IMG/VR virus record: IMGVR_UViG_3300032267_001204
Span: 1-64,000 of that record
Length of the DNA stretch: 64,000 nucleotides
Strand: one strand, 5' to 3'
DNA from: a virus
The notes under the pieces were generated by a model, which had not been told where the DNA came from, made no database searches, and saw nothing but the letters and a program-made list of their open reading frames with translations. The translations under genes and the position numbers were made by a program. Shown piece after piece: positions 1-9,529 of this stretch (positions within the stretch are counted from its first letter, which is position 1; every line of letters starts with the position of its first letter).

Positions 1-1426
1 ACGTCGCAAAATTATGGTTTCCAGAGCTGGTATTCAAACCGAATATCGGAGAAGGATTGGAGTTGGGCAGCGAAGTCAAACCGCTGCCTGAAATATCAAG
101 TTCGCGTACCGACATAAGTGCCGTTCCGGATGATATCGCGCTAATCTGGCTCAGCGCAGGGCAATTTCGAACGATAAGACGACGGGGGCCGCGTGTGTGA
201 CGATAAAAGAACGAATTGTTACCGTACGTACCGCTTAGCGGCGGGTCAGACCAATCGCCCGTTATGGCATCGGGCACATTCCATAGTAGGTTTACGCCAC
301 TGTCATTCCGATCATACGTGATGACTGCATTATTCGGCAGCGTCAGACTGGAAAGCGGGGCGTTGTCAGATACATCCAAATCCAATAATGTGTCTACGTA
401 ACGGAGATCGAGCGTCGTTAATTGGTTGTTGCTGACGTTCAAGGAAGCCAAAAGATACCCGCCGGGGGTCGATCCATTACCCCACAAGTTCGCCGGGGGC
501 GGCCCGTCGGGGAACACTAATTCGGTGAGAAGATTGTTAGAGCAGTCCAATTCGCGGACCGCGCCCCAGCCAGATCCGTCGCTGCTGACCCCAGCTATTC
601 CGAGGGGCAAACTTGTCAGACGATTGTTCTGCACGTACCAAAACGATGGCCGATTGACGCCATCAGAAAACGATAGCGAGGTCAGTCCTTGAGTTGGGCT
701 ATTCGGAAACTGATTGCTGACATCAAACCGCTCAGGAGGCGGCATCGCCACCGCAATGCTGGTGATTTGATTGTTCGCGACGTCATACTCGCCGGTGACT
801 ATGCAATTTGCTTCGCTGATAAAAGGAGCTGTCGTCAAATTGTTAGACCGAACGCGCAATGTTGCTATGTGCCGAGGACCGGCGCCATCAAACACAATGC
901 CCGAGTCGGCCATGTTGAATGTTGCGCTGGTCAAGCTGTTCAGACTGCAATCAAGGACCTGCAATAAATTGTTCCCGCTCACGTCGAGGAATTGCAGTCC
1001 GTTGTTGGGAACGCGGATCTCAGAAAAAGGCACGTTCGCCAAGTTTAGCTCGATCAGCCGCCACGGCTCGTCAAGTCCTGGGCCGGCGCCAGTGCCGCTA
1101 AGCCCGTCAGCCCAAAAATTAGGGAATCGGTAGACCATTTCGTCGTATTCATTGACGCTAAAGTATTCGGGTTTAAGCAACCTCAGTTTAATCGGCTTGC
1201 CCGTTGGAAATCTAGCGGTGGCTATCTCATTCCATCCGTTCTCTTCGGTCCCTGGAATAATGGTAACATCGTAGATCGGTTTGAATATCTCCGTAAAATA
1301 TCGAAAGACTTCGTTGGTATCGTAACCGCCAAACAAAGACAAAGACACAGTCCTCCACGGCCCCACAGCAGGGTCGAATACCATGTAGTTAGAGATCTGC
1401 TCTGATACTCCGCGAATCGCTAACAT
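1..1426 (-). CDS. Leucine-rich-repeat (internalin-like) protein, 3' end runs off the window
   Basis: Manual translation from ATG at 1426 is open to base 1 (MLAIRGVSEQ...). It contains LRR units LQFLDVSGNNLL, LQVLDCSLNSLTS, VRELDCSNNLLTEL, LASLNVSNNQLTTLDL, VRELDISGSGLTSLP. Absent from the ORF track because no stop lies in the window. Confidence 0.85.
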   Translation of the reverse strand, partial: MLAIRGVSEQISNYMVFDPAVGPWRTVSLSLFGGYDTNEVFRYFTEIFKPIYDVTIIPGTEENGWNEIATARFPTGKPIKLRLLKPEYFSVNEYDEMVYRFPNFWADGLSGTGAGPGLDEPWRLIELNLANVPFSEIRVPNNGLQFLDVSGNNLLQVLDCSLNSLTSATFNMADSGIVFDGAGPRHIATLRVRSNNLTTAPFISEANCIVTGEYDVANNQITSIAVAMPPPERFDVSNQFPNSPTQGLTSLSFSDGVNRPSFWYVQNNRLTSLPLGIAGVSSDGSGWGAVRELDCSNNLLTELVFPDGPPPANLWGNGSTPGGYLLASLNVSNNQLTTLDLRYVDTLLDLDVSDNAPLSSLTLPNNAVITYDRNDSGVNLLWNVPDAITGDWSDPPLSGTYGNNSFFYRHTRGPRRLIVRNCPALSQISAISSGTALMSVRELDISGSGLTSLPNSNPSPIFGLNTSSGNHNFAT

Positions 1427-1427
1427 A

Positions 1428-1790
1428 TTACGCCAAAAGCCAATCGTTAAGTCCGATGCAGATAAGCACTTGCCCCGTCGAAAGACTCGTAGGGGTCAAC
1501 AACACGCCGGAGGCCGCTTGCACGTCGGGATCCTGCGCCCCGTCCCCGAGAGCAAAAATCAAAATCTGAGTGCCGACATCAAAAGGAACTGCCGAAAACG
1601 GAGGCACCGAAATGATCGCGTCATCATTGGTAATGATGACCGAACCGCTGTCTTCGAGTTGCAATGAGTAAGTCCCCGCGCCGGTAACTCGTTTCACCGG
1701 ACAGGCCAGCGAAGCGGCCCCCGCCTCGCGGGCAGTGGTTATGGGAAACAGCTCCCCGCTGAACGGGTTGAACTTGTACCCCGGGATCAT
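1428..1790 (-). CDS. Hypothetical virion/tail-associated beta-strand protein
   Basis: 120 aa, tightly coupled to neighbours; YSLQLEDSGSVII...FDVGTQILI...GLNDWLL resembles phage tail-fibre modules. Confidence 0.6.
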   Translation of the reverse strand: MIPGYKFNPFSGELFPITTAREAGAASLACPVKRVTGAGTYSLQLEDSGSVIITNDDAIISVPPFSAVPFDVGTQILIFALGDGAQDPDVQAASGVLLTPTSLSTGQVLICIGLNDWLLA

Positions 1791-1999
1791 TGAATGCTTC
1801 GGTTAAGCGATTTAGGGATCGCGCGCAAATTGCTACGGCGATTCGACATACCATTCATGTGATGGACGTCTTTGCCGTCGCCCTTACGAACGTGGCCGAG
1901 CTTCTCCATCTTACGGCGAGCCTTGTTCCGTTGGCTGCGACGTTTGATTTGCTCCGGCTTCGCGTGGTAGTCGGCGTATTCTTTGGCGTAGTTTCTCAT
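1787..1999 (-). CDS. Small HNH-like endonuclease
   Basis: MRNYAKEY...GDGKDVHH...NRRSNLR...NRS pattern; 4-nt overlaps with both neighbours. Confidence 0.7.
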   Translation of the reverse strand: MRNYAKEYADYHAKPEQIKRRSQRNKARRKMEKLGHVRKGDGKDVHHMNGMSNRRSNLRAIPKSLNRSIQ

Positions 2000-4332
2000 T
2001 CGGTGGGTACGATTTCGGGAACCGCCATGCGGCTCGCCATTTTAACCTTGGCCGCTGTCTCGGCGTCTTTTAGCGCCAGCTTCTGGGACATCTCGGCCTG
2101 TTTCAAAGCCATGGTCGCCTGATGCCTTTCGATGTCCATCTGGAGCTTGGCTTGACGCTCCATCAATTCTTGACGGGCTTTTGGCGAAAGCTGTTCAGAC
2201 TCGGCGAGCTTCTGCTCCATCGCGGCGATGCGAGCTTGCTCCGACTCGATCATTCGCTGCTGTTCGGCTTGCTGCGCCATCGCTTGCTTCTCGGCGGCGG
2301 CTTTCAACTCGTCAGCCATGCGGTCGCGGGACGCGCCGAGCTGCTGGAGACGCTGGCGCATCAGGGCGACTTGATCTTTGCGGACAAGATCGCTGCCGAG
2401 CCTCTGAACATGCTCGGCCAAGTGCGGCAAGAACAAGTCCATGGCCTGAAGAGCCGCCATCGGGTCGGCCCCGTTGGAGATGCCCTCTTGCATTTGCTCA
2501 AGCGCCTGAAGGTGTCGGCCGGCATGAATAAAGTGGTTTTCTCCGTCGCTCACTGGCATCGGGCTGCCGCTCGACATCATGCCGTTCTCGATGACCGCAA
2601 GCTTGTCGTCCATGGGCGGACGCAAAGACGTTCCAGGAGCGGGCAAATACCGATCCACAACCTCTTGGCCGAAGCGGGCCGCGATCCTATCACGCAAGAG
2701 GTTGATCCGACCGGCCTCGTCGAGGCTTCCGAAAATTGCCATTGTCTCCTCGATTGCGATTTGACGCATCCCAGGAGAGCCAAACCCAATCGATCGGACA
2801 GGTTCAACGCTGCGCCAGCGGTAGATGGCTTCCTCCGGAACTCCGCGCTTGATGCAACGGCGGCGGAAATCGACCGCCTCCCTGCCGCCGGGTTCGATGG
2901 CGGTGTATTTGCGACGGCTGAGTCGGCGGTAGACTTCCGTGAGCAACCGCTTCCACGGGTGGTAAAACAGATTGATCGACGCCGAGCTTAGGACCGCTTC
3001 TTGCTGGAGCTGGGCTTTAACCTCGTAAGCAGTACGCGCCTGCCCGTCCGCATTCATGGCGCGAGACTGATACCCGACAGTGCGGTTGGTCATGTTCTGC
3101 GTCAGGTCTTGCAGGACCGGCAGCATGTTGCGGCTGTAGTCTGGGATGGCCTTCTCTACAACTTTGAGTCCTGGAGGAAACAACGCGTAAGGGCCGTAGT
3201 ACGACAGCGTCAAATCTTCGAGCGCGCGGCTGCCCTGATCGCCGGGCTGCACAATTAAAGCCGAGCTTAACAGCGCACCATCGACCATGCCGCAACGCAG
3301 ACGATTCAGAAGCTGGATGTGCGGGTAGATCTTAAATCCAAGCCCGCGAATGCCGTGATACGTTCCGTTGCCGACCCCATACGTAAAGGTAACGAAGCAG
3401 TTGACGGGCGACGAAAAGCGATTGGCGCGGGTAAAGAGAAACTCCTCATCCGGATCGTCTTCGTCAATCGAACCCACTGGATCGCGCAAGAACATCAAAT
3501 GCGAGACTTTCCCCGAGAATTCCCGAACCCACATGTGGACTACGTCCACTTTCTTGGCGCGGCTGTTCGTATAGAGGAGGTCATTATTCTTCAGCTCGAC
3601 CTCCAGCTTTTCCCACTCGCCGATTTCGTAGTTCGTCCGTTCGTTGCAGGCCCTTAAAAGCGCGTGCCGGACCATCTTGACGTTCCAACCCAACGAGGCG
3701 GCGACCTTGGTATCGCGGATGTAATGATAAAGTTGATGGGCCTGATACTCGCGCTCCACTGTCGCGCATTCGATATCGAACTCGTTGGCCTTTGTACCCC
3801 GAGGCATACGAAACTCGGAAAGCCCCGCCACTCTCCAACGCCAATCGACTTCGTCTTCAAAATACGTCACGCCAACCCCGTGCGAAACGAACTGGTCAGC
3901 CAGCATTTGGTGGGAAAATTCAAACTCCGGCCATTCTTTAAGCGTCCGGTGAAACTCTTCCGAGATGACGCGCTCCCACTCGACCCGCTGCTCGGCCGTT
4001 CCGTAATCCAAAGACACTCGGGCCAGTGAATCAACCGACGCCGTCAAATCGTAGTATCCGGCCAAGGCTTGCTCTTTGAGCGCCGCTGCCTCGCCAAAAT
4101 CCAAGTTTGTTCTCTCGCCTTGACCCATCTCCGTCAGGTCGTCCTGATTGAAAGGGGGCGAGCCGTTGAACATCGAGTCGATCAACGCCCGGTTCTGGGA
4201 GCTTCCGGCATCAGAATCCTTCAGGGCTTTGTAAATAGAACGGGCCGCGTCAACAGTCGTGACGCGCATTTTCGGCGGCTTGCCTGATTCGTTTAGCCCC
4301 GCCAGTTCAAGTGGTTGCAATCCGGATTCCAT
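1996..4332 (-). CDS. Portal (head-tail connector) protein
   Basis: 778 aa downstream of TerL, with a C-terminal Gln/Ala-rich coiled-coil barrel typical of podovirus portals. Confidence 0.75.
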   Translation of the reverse strand: MESGLQPLELAGLNESGKPPKMRVTTVDAARSIYKALKDSDAGSSQNRALIDSMFNGSPPFNQDDLTEMGQGERTNLDFGEAAALKEQALAGYYDLTASVDSLARVSLDYGTAEQRVEWERVISEEFHRTLKEWPEFEFSHQMLADQFVSHGVGVTYFEDEVDWRWRVAGLSEFRMPRGTKANEFDIECATVEREYQAHQLYHYIRDTKVAASLGWNVKMVRHALLRACNERTNYEIGEWEKLEVELKNNDLLYTNSRAKKVDVVHMWVREFSGKVSHLMFLRDPVGSIDEDDPDEEFLFTRANRFSSPVNCFVTFTYGVGNGTYHGIRGLGFKIYPHIQLLNRLRCGMVDGALLSSALIVQPGDQGSRALEDLTLSYYGPYALFPPGLKVVEKAIPDYSRNMLPVLQDLTQNMTNRTVGYQSRAMNADGQARTAYEVKAQLQQEAVLSSASINLFYHPWKRLLTEVYRRLSRRKYTAIEPGGREAVDFRRRCIKRGVPEEAIYRWRSVEPVRSIGFGSPGMRQIAIEETMAIFGSLDEAGRINLLRDRIAARFGQEVVDRYLPAPGTSLRPPMDDKLAVIENGMMSSGSPMPVSDGENHFIHAGRHLQALEQMQEGISNGADPMAALQAMDLFLPHLAEHVQRLGSDLVRKDQVALMRQRLQQLGASRDRMADELKAAAEKQAMAQQAEQQRMIESEQARIAAMEQKLAESEQLSPKARQELMERQAKLQMDIERHQATMALKQAEMSQKLALKDAETAAKVKMASRMAVPEIVPTE

Positions 4333-4346
4333 GAGTGGTCAGGTTA

Positions 4347-4595
4347 TTATAGCTTAGGCCGAAGAAATGTCACCCGGCGGACTCCGACGGACCGCACAAC
4401 CCGGAACGATTGACGTTCAACCGAAGGGTTGCGGAGCATTCGCTGATACAGCCCCGAGCTTGCGAAGTCGCGATGGCTTTTCCATCCATCTTGGCGGAGC
4501 GCCTCTTCATTGACGCCTTCAGATTCAGCCTCTATCGCCGCCCACGCCGAGTCGTAAAGATCAGACGCGGACGGCTTTACTTTCTTCTGGATCAT
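4347..4595 (-). CDS. Hypothetical protein
   Basis: Fills the gap between phosphoesterase and portal on the same strand. Confidence 0.55.
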   Translation of the reverse strand: MIQKKVKPSASDLYDSAWAAIEAESEGVNEEALRQDGWKSHRDFASSGLYQRMLRNPSVERQSFRVVRSVGVRRVTFLRPKL

Positions 4596-5382
4596 AGGTC
4601 AAAAGTTTTACCGCAGGGAGGCTGTTAGCCGGAAGATTACGCCAGTCGAGAATGCCGACCGATGGGCGGCACAAGCTATCGCCGACGACTTTGTGTCCGT
4701 AGCGGGTCAGCATTTGCCACGCGCCGGTCACGAGGAAGAGCGCGTGAGCGTCCGAGTAGTAACCGCCGCAATGGCGATGGCCTCTCAAAAAGACCCGAGG
4801 CAGACGATGACCGGAGCGGGCGTAATTCAAACGAGCGTTTCCCATCGTGATGCTCATGGCCCCCGCTTCGAGATACGCTCGTGCGCTGGTCGGCATGTGG
4901 TGCGCTACGTCGATCAGTGTTCCATTTAGTTCAAGCAACGCCTTGTCGCCGCAGAACTGACCGCCGCACTCTTGCGCGATATACTCTTCCCAATCGCCGG
5001 TATGACATTCAGTTCCGGCAATGAAGTAACGCTTTGCGGCTACTTTCGCCAGCGGAAGCAACGCTTGGATCGCCGCGCTGCTGTGGTCTTTCATCTTGGC
5101 GGCGACGACTTCCTGAGTCCCGTGGTGCTGGCCTTCGATGCAATCTCCGTTGACAATCAGCGCCCAGGGCGCCCCTTTGAAGTGTTCAAAGATCCGCGTC
5201 TGCATGTCGGCCCAACATGACCACAGCCACTGCTGATGAAGGTTATCGCCTAGATTGACAGTGTTGCCGTAACTGACTTTGGCGCCGTCAGGCCAAAGCC
5301 CGACAGAAGAACCGCAATGTAAATCAGATACTACAACTACTCCTGCTACTTCGGCTGACGCCGGTTTCGGTCTCTTACGCAT
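4561..5382 (-). CDS. Calcineurin-like metallophosphoesterase
   Basis: Motifs SDLH, NGDCIEG, GTECH, AHH, GHRH. Confidence 0.85.
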   Translation of the reverse strand: MRKRPKPASAEVAGVVVVSDLHCGSSVGLWPDGAKVSYGNTVNLGDNLHQQWLWSCWADMQTRIFEHFKGAPWALIVNGDCIEGQHHGTQEVVAAKMKDHSSAAIQALLPLAKVAAKRYFIAGTECHTGDWEEYIAQECGGQFCGDKALLELNGTLIDVAHHMPTSARAYLEAGAMSITMGNARLNYARSGHRLPRVFLRGHRHCGGYYSDAHALFLVTGAWQMLTRYGHKVVGDSLCRPSVGILDWRNLPANSLPAVKLLTYDPEESKAVRV

Positions 5383-5406
5383 GAGGTTAGTCGGTTATGA
5401 TAAACG

Positions 5407-7182
5407 CTAAAAGCGGGAAAGCAAACTGGGGTTACGCGACGGCGTAAACTTTGTCATCGCTCGCTTCCACCGGGTTTCATGCCCGCCGGTCCCAGAGTTA
5501 CCATCTTGGGGCGCCCGAATACCAAACCGCTCACGGACAACTTCAAGCAAAACGAATGACGCGTCCGCTATGTCAGGCGACCGCCCTGTCCTAGCCTTCA
5601 TGTCAACTTTGCTCTCAACCAACACTTTCATCGCCCCACTTTTGCGCGTGTCGTAGTGGCGACTCGTCATCTCTCGGGCCAGATCCGGCCCGATACCTCG
5701 GAGCTGCCCACGCTGGAGGAATTCTTTCGCGCCGAACCACAACTCGGTCACCCTATTGCAGTATTTCTCGCTGCCTTTGGTCGAATCATACGAGGACAAC
5801 GCTCGCTCCGAAGGCGCCCCGCCAAAGTGAACCCGCATGAACTCATTATTCCCCGCCACCGACGCGAGCGCGTCGCAGAACGGGACGCCACCGCCCGTCA
5901 CGTCCACGCCGACGTTGTACCAGGGGACGTTGTGCTGGACGATGATATCGCGAATCTTCTTGGCAATCTGCATGGTGCGGGGTTCGGGGCTGGTCACCTC
6001 GTCTTCTAGATAGTGGAATTCGTCGAACGATACTTGGTCGAACCCTTCTTTGTTCACGCCGTAGGAGCCGAGGTACAAGACGCAGCGGTCACCGCCGGAA
6101 ACGAACGAGGGGTCGATGCCGACCACGCGCTGTGGCGTTTTCAGCCAGACCGGCGGCTGGTCGCCCCTAAACCGAATGATTTCCGTCTCCGAATAGATAG
6201 CTTTCGAGGCTGCCTGGGGCGCCCAAAAGCCACGATAATCCCTCCAAAACAATGGCGAATCTTCGCCGAGTCGTAACTTGGCTTCGTCGATCTTCTCAAA
6301 CTTTTGAATCGGCCATCGGTTTTCTCCGGCCAAGTAATTCGGGTTTTTCAGCGCGTCAAAGTGCAGACAGACGCCACCGATCTTGGTCTCCCAGCGGCCG
6401 GTGTCCACATTGATGGACCCCCACCCGTCCTTTGGCTCCACAAACTTGCCGAAGGGGTCGTAGTAGCTTGTCGGGTTGGACGCGGCGCAAATGTGCAGCA
6501 CCGGGTTGTTCGCCATGTTGGACAGCGCGGTGTCGATCAACGCGTGGCTCAACTCAGACAGCTCGTCGGCCGCCAGATAGACCCGGAGAGCTTTCATGCC
6601 TCTCATTTTGCCAGTGATTTCATTGCTTTTGCGGGCTTCGGCGGGAATCAGGTAAACGCCGGATTGTTCCTGCCTTTGGCCGTTTTTCATCACGTAGATC
6701 GCCGGAGTCGGCGTATCCGCAAGCTTGGCAGGGGCGACATCTTTGATCGCAGGCCAATACCTCTGCACAGCGCCCCAAACTCTTTTCTTGGCGTCGCGGA
6801 TCGAGGTCGAGGTCAGCAATCCCAGCGTGTGATACGGAGCGGAGAGCCAATTCAACAAAACCCACACCGCCATGAAATCCGACTTGCCAGACGATCCGCA
6901 ACCGGCGAAACCGACATAACGATTATGGCAGCACTCGTGCAACATCGATTCGGCCCAAGGGTGCCAAATGAAGTTCTCGGTCTTGTGGTTCCAAAAGATT
7001 TTGGCCGCACGTTTGAAGTGCTCTTCGCGCCCCAACCAATCAGGCGAGCGACCGCCCTCGCGGTACATAAAAAGCTCGATGGCCCAATCGGCATACTCCG
7101 GCGGGAAAATGAATCCGTAGCGGCGGATCGCCGTCGAGGGGACGAGTTTTGCGTCGTTAATGAGACAGGGTTTGAAAATCAT
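5407..7182 (-). CDS. terL: Terminase large subunit
   Basis: Walker A GCGSSGKS, Walker B LAADE, coupling motif ASNP, RNase H-like VGIDPS and C-terminal SPDIADA. Confidence 0.9.
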   Translation of the reverse strand: MIFKPCLINDAKLVPSTAIRRYGFIFPPEYADWAIELFMYREGGRSPDWLGREEHFKRAAKIFWNHKTENFIWHPWAESMLHECCHNRYVGFAGCGSSGKSDFMAVWVLLNWLSAPYHTLGLLTSTSIRDAKKRVWGAVQRYWPAIKDVAPAKLADTPTPAIYVMKNGQRQEQSGVYLIPAEARKSNEITGKMRGMKALRVYLAADELSELSHALIDTALSNMANNPVLHICAASNPTSYYDPFGKFVEPKDGWGSINVDTGRWETKIGGVCLHFDALKNPNYLAGENRWPIQKFEKIDEAKLRLGEDSPLFWRDYRGFWAPQAASKAIYSETEIIRFRGDQPPVWLKTPQRVVGIDPSFVSGGDRCVLYLGSYGVNKEGFDQVSFDEFHYLEDEVTSPEPRTMQIAKKIRDIIVQHNVPWYNVGVDVTGGGVPFCDALASVAGNNEFMRVHFGGAPSERALSSYDSTKGSEKYCNRVTELWFGAKEFLQRGQLRGIGPDLAREMTSRHYDTRKSGAMKVLVESKVDMKARTGRSPDIADASFVLLEVVRERFGIRAPQDGNSGTGGHETRWKRAMTKFTPSRNPSLLSRF

Positions 7183-7190
7183 AAGTGTTT

Positions 7191-7420
7191 TGTGCCAAAA
7201 GCCTTGCCAAACGCTGGCACAGACCGATTTGATAACAGCGCAAGGCGCTGGTACTCTGAAGGTTTACGCATTTGTGCAAACAACTTCGAATCCCGTACGC
7301 GCTGCCCCTTTTTCAAATTCGTAAGTCACTCGACTTACTCTGTTAAACGGAAAGTTACGCAACATTTGTTGTGAACCTTTGTGCAAGGTTATGAATAATT
7401 TTGAACGAATTGGCACAGAC
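7191..7420. repeat. Putative integrase arm-type sites around attP
   Basis: TGGCACAGAC at 7215-7224 and 7411-7420; inverted TGTGCCA at 7191-7197; TTTGTGCAA at 7271 and 7378. Confidence 0.5.
7285..7306 (+). other. Putative attP core: 3' end of a tRNA (tRNA-Glu-like)
   Basis: TTCGAATCCCGTACGCGCTGCC is a T-loop, T-stem 3' strand and acceptor 3' strand with no 5' tRNA half; it lies about 130 bp upstream of the integrase ATG. Confidence 0.7.
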
Positions 7421-7436
7421 TTACGTCAAATTCACC

Positions 7437-8687
7437 ATGAGCAAATCCAGACTTATTGAGACAGCGACCGGCGTCCACGAACTCGAACTGAACGGCTCGC
7501 GGGTCAAAATCCGTGAGACCAAAAACGGCAACTACAAGTTTTTTCGGCTCGACTGGAAAGTCGGTAGCCGGGCCTTCCGCCGCGCTTTCTCCAGCTCCGA
7601 AAAAGCCATCGACGAAGCCGAGCGCATTGTACGGGATCTTGCCCGGGCCGAAGGGGAAAAAACAACCGTGCGTAGCGAGGATATCGTCTACTACCGCGAA
7701 TGCGCCCGAAAGCTTGGCGGCGTTCCCCTGCACGAAGCCGTCGAGTTCTACTGCAAGTTCCACCGCGTCGGCGCTCCCCGCAAGACAGTCGCCGAGATCT
7801 GCAAAGAAGTGGAGGCTGCCAGCCGAGCCCGCGAAGCCTCCAAGCGGCACATTGAAACAACAGTTCACCTCAACAAGATATGGACTTCTTGGGCGGGCGC
7901 AATGGCCCTGCCCGAAGTCACGTCTGCCTTCATCGAACGCAAGTTCATCGAGAGCGGGTACTCGGCCCACACGAAGCGAAACCTTCTGCGCGGCTATCGT
8001 GCGCTGGAACTATTCGCCATGCGGCAGAAATACCTGCCGCGTGAGTTTGAAAGCGTGGCCGAAAGCGTTGTTGTTCCGAAAACGCGCAACTCGACGCCAG
8101 CCGTGTTCTCACCGGAAGACCTGATGCGTCTCTTCATCGCAGCGGGTCCCCGTCATATCGCCTACATCGCCATGATGGCGTTCGCGGGCGCCCGCCGGGC
8201 CGAGTTTGAGCGCATGACCCGCGACCACGTTTCGTTGGAAGACAAAGTCGCCGTCATCGGGGCCGAGATCGCCAAAAAAGGGTCACGCCGCGTTTTGGAA
8301 CTGCCGGACAACCTCTGCGAGTGGCTCGCGATCGGGCTGCCTGAGAAAGGACCCCTGACCTCCCGCAAGAACATCGAGCGGCTGTCCTTGAACAAGTCGG
8401 CCCTCAAAGAGGTCGGGCTCGACGCCAAATGGGAGCAAAACGTGTTGCGCCACAGCTTTTGCTCCTACCATCTGGCCCTGCACCGCAACGCAGCCCTGAC
8501 CTCGGAGCAGGCCGGCAACTCGCCGCAGATGCTCCGTGAGCACTACAAATCTCTGGTGGCGCCAGCCGCCGCCAAGGAATGGTTCGAGATCACTCCCGAG
8601 AAGGTTAATCAATTCGCGGGTGCGAATAATCTTACCGGGTTAATAAAATGGTCTTGCCAAAAGAAAGGAGGGGTAACAATCTCGTAA
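7437..8687 (+). CDS. int: Tyrosine integrase
   Basis: Catalytic residues: GARRAE (R), AKKG (K), VLRHSFCSY (RH), GNS...HY (Y). ATG at 7437 preferred over TTG at 7401. Confidence 0.92.
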   Translation: MSKSRLIETATGVHELELNGSRVKIRETKNGNYKFFRLDWKVGSRAFRRAFSSSEKAIDEAERIVRDLARAEGEKTTVRSEDIVYYRECARKLGGVPLHEAVEFYCKFHRVGAPRKTVAEICKEVEAASRAREASKRHIETTVHLNKIWTSWAGAMALPEVTSAFIERKFIESGYSAHTKRNLLRGYRALELFAMRQKYLPREFESVAESVVVPKTRNSTPAVFSPEDLMRLFIAAGPRHIAYIAMMAFAGARRAEFERMTRDHVSLEDKVAVIGAEIAKKGSRRVLELPDNLCEWLAIGLPEKGPLTSRKNIERLSLNKSALKEVGLDAKWEQNVLRHSFCSYHLALHRNAALTSEQAGNSPQMLREHYKSLVAPAAAKEWFEITPEKVNQFAGANNLTGLIKWSCQKKGGVTIS

Positions 8688-8724
8688 CAACCTTGAAACC
8701 CCAATCAAAGGAAAACACAACATC

Positions 8725-9015
8725 ATGCCCAATCAACTAAAACCAGGAACACGCCGTCTCTCCTATGTCGAGACGCGCCAAGCAGCCAAAGCTTTGGATA
8801 TCTTAGCTGCGGCCAAAAGCACCAACGTATCGGCCCTAATTCGTGAGGCCACCGAGGATTACCTAAAAAAAGTAGATAAAGACAACTCCGTCCGAAAGCT
8901 CGCCCTGCAAATCGTGAACGAACTTCCCGACGACGCGGAAGAACGAGCGGAAGCGGATTTAGACCCGAAAACCATGGAGCAGCTCACCGCCGTGATGAAA
9001 CACATTCGGCGTTGA
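8725..9015 (+). CDS. Ribbon-helix-helix (CopG/Arc-like) regulator, candidate repressor
   Basis: RRLSYVE strand followed by AAKALDILAAAKSTNVSALIREATEDYL helices. Confidence 0.7.
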   Translation: MPNQLKPGTRRLSYVETRQAAKALDILAAAKSTNVSALIREATEDYLKKVDKDNSVRKLALQIVNELPDDAEERAEADLDPKTMEQLTAVMKHIRR

Positions 9016-9053
9016 CCGGCATTATCAGAATGTTAATATCGGCCCCTCTAAGT

Positions 9054-9100
9054 CCTAACCTAAACACCTAAACTAAACTAAACCTAAACCAAAACCTAAA
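9054..9100 (+). repeat. Degenerate tandem (C)CTAAA repeats
   Basis: cctaa cctaaa cacctaaa ctaaa ctaaa cctaaa ccaaaa cctaaa. Confidence 0.7.
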
Positions 9101-9113
9101 TATACCATAAGTC

Positions 9114-9335
9114 ATGGTCGTCATCAACCTCACCCATGCTCAAGAAGAAGCGCTCAAGCGCCTATCAAACCAAGTCAACCTTCCTCCGGGGAAAATCGCC
9201 GAGTTATTTGTGCAAGATGGGATTTCGTCGTATGCTTACACCAACGATGGACACTCCTCCTTGCGCGAGTCTCTTGCCGAGTCTTCAGAAGCTTCGCAAC
9301 CCGAAGCTGATCCGGAGCTTTGCCAGCGACGCTGA
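9114..9335 (+). CDS. RHH-like small DNA-binding protein
   Basis: MVVINLT strand followed by EEALKRLSNQVNLPPGKIAELFVQDGI helices. Confidence 0.5.
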   Translation: MVVINLTHAQEEALKRLSNQVNLPPGKIAELFVQDGISSYAYTNDGHSSLRESLAESSEASQPEADPELCQRR

Positions 9336-9438
9336 ACTAGAAGACGCACTCATTAAAGCTGCGGAGAGAACCGGCTACTCGATGTCTGAGATTATCCGGC
9401 AAGCTCTCCGCAGCTCTTTGCTTCAGCAAGGTTCTTAA
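9217..9438 (+). CDS. RHH/CopG-like regulator (start uncertain)
   Basis: IRSFASDAELEDALIKAAERTGYSMSEIIRQALRSSL. Confidence 0.6.
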   Translation: MGFRRMLTPTMDTPPCASLLPSLQKLRNPKLIRSFASDAELEDALIKAAERTGYSMSEIIRQALRSSLLQQGS

Positions 9439-9529
9439 CCTCACAACCCGTGACACTCATCAGCCTTACCTGGTGCTTGCTACTCCTCGCGGTCGTTGCC
9501 TGTATCGACGACGACGAACCGCCCTACTT

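Noticed and set aside
216-1133. Plus-strand short ORFs from the ORF track
   Set aside because: They are shadows of the minus-strand LRR gene.
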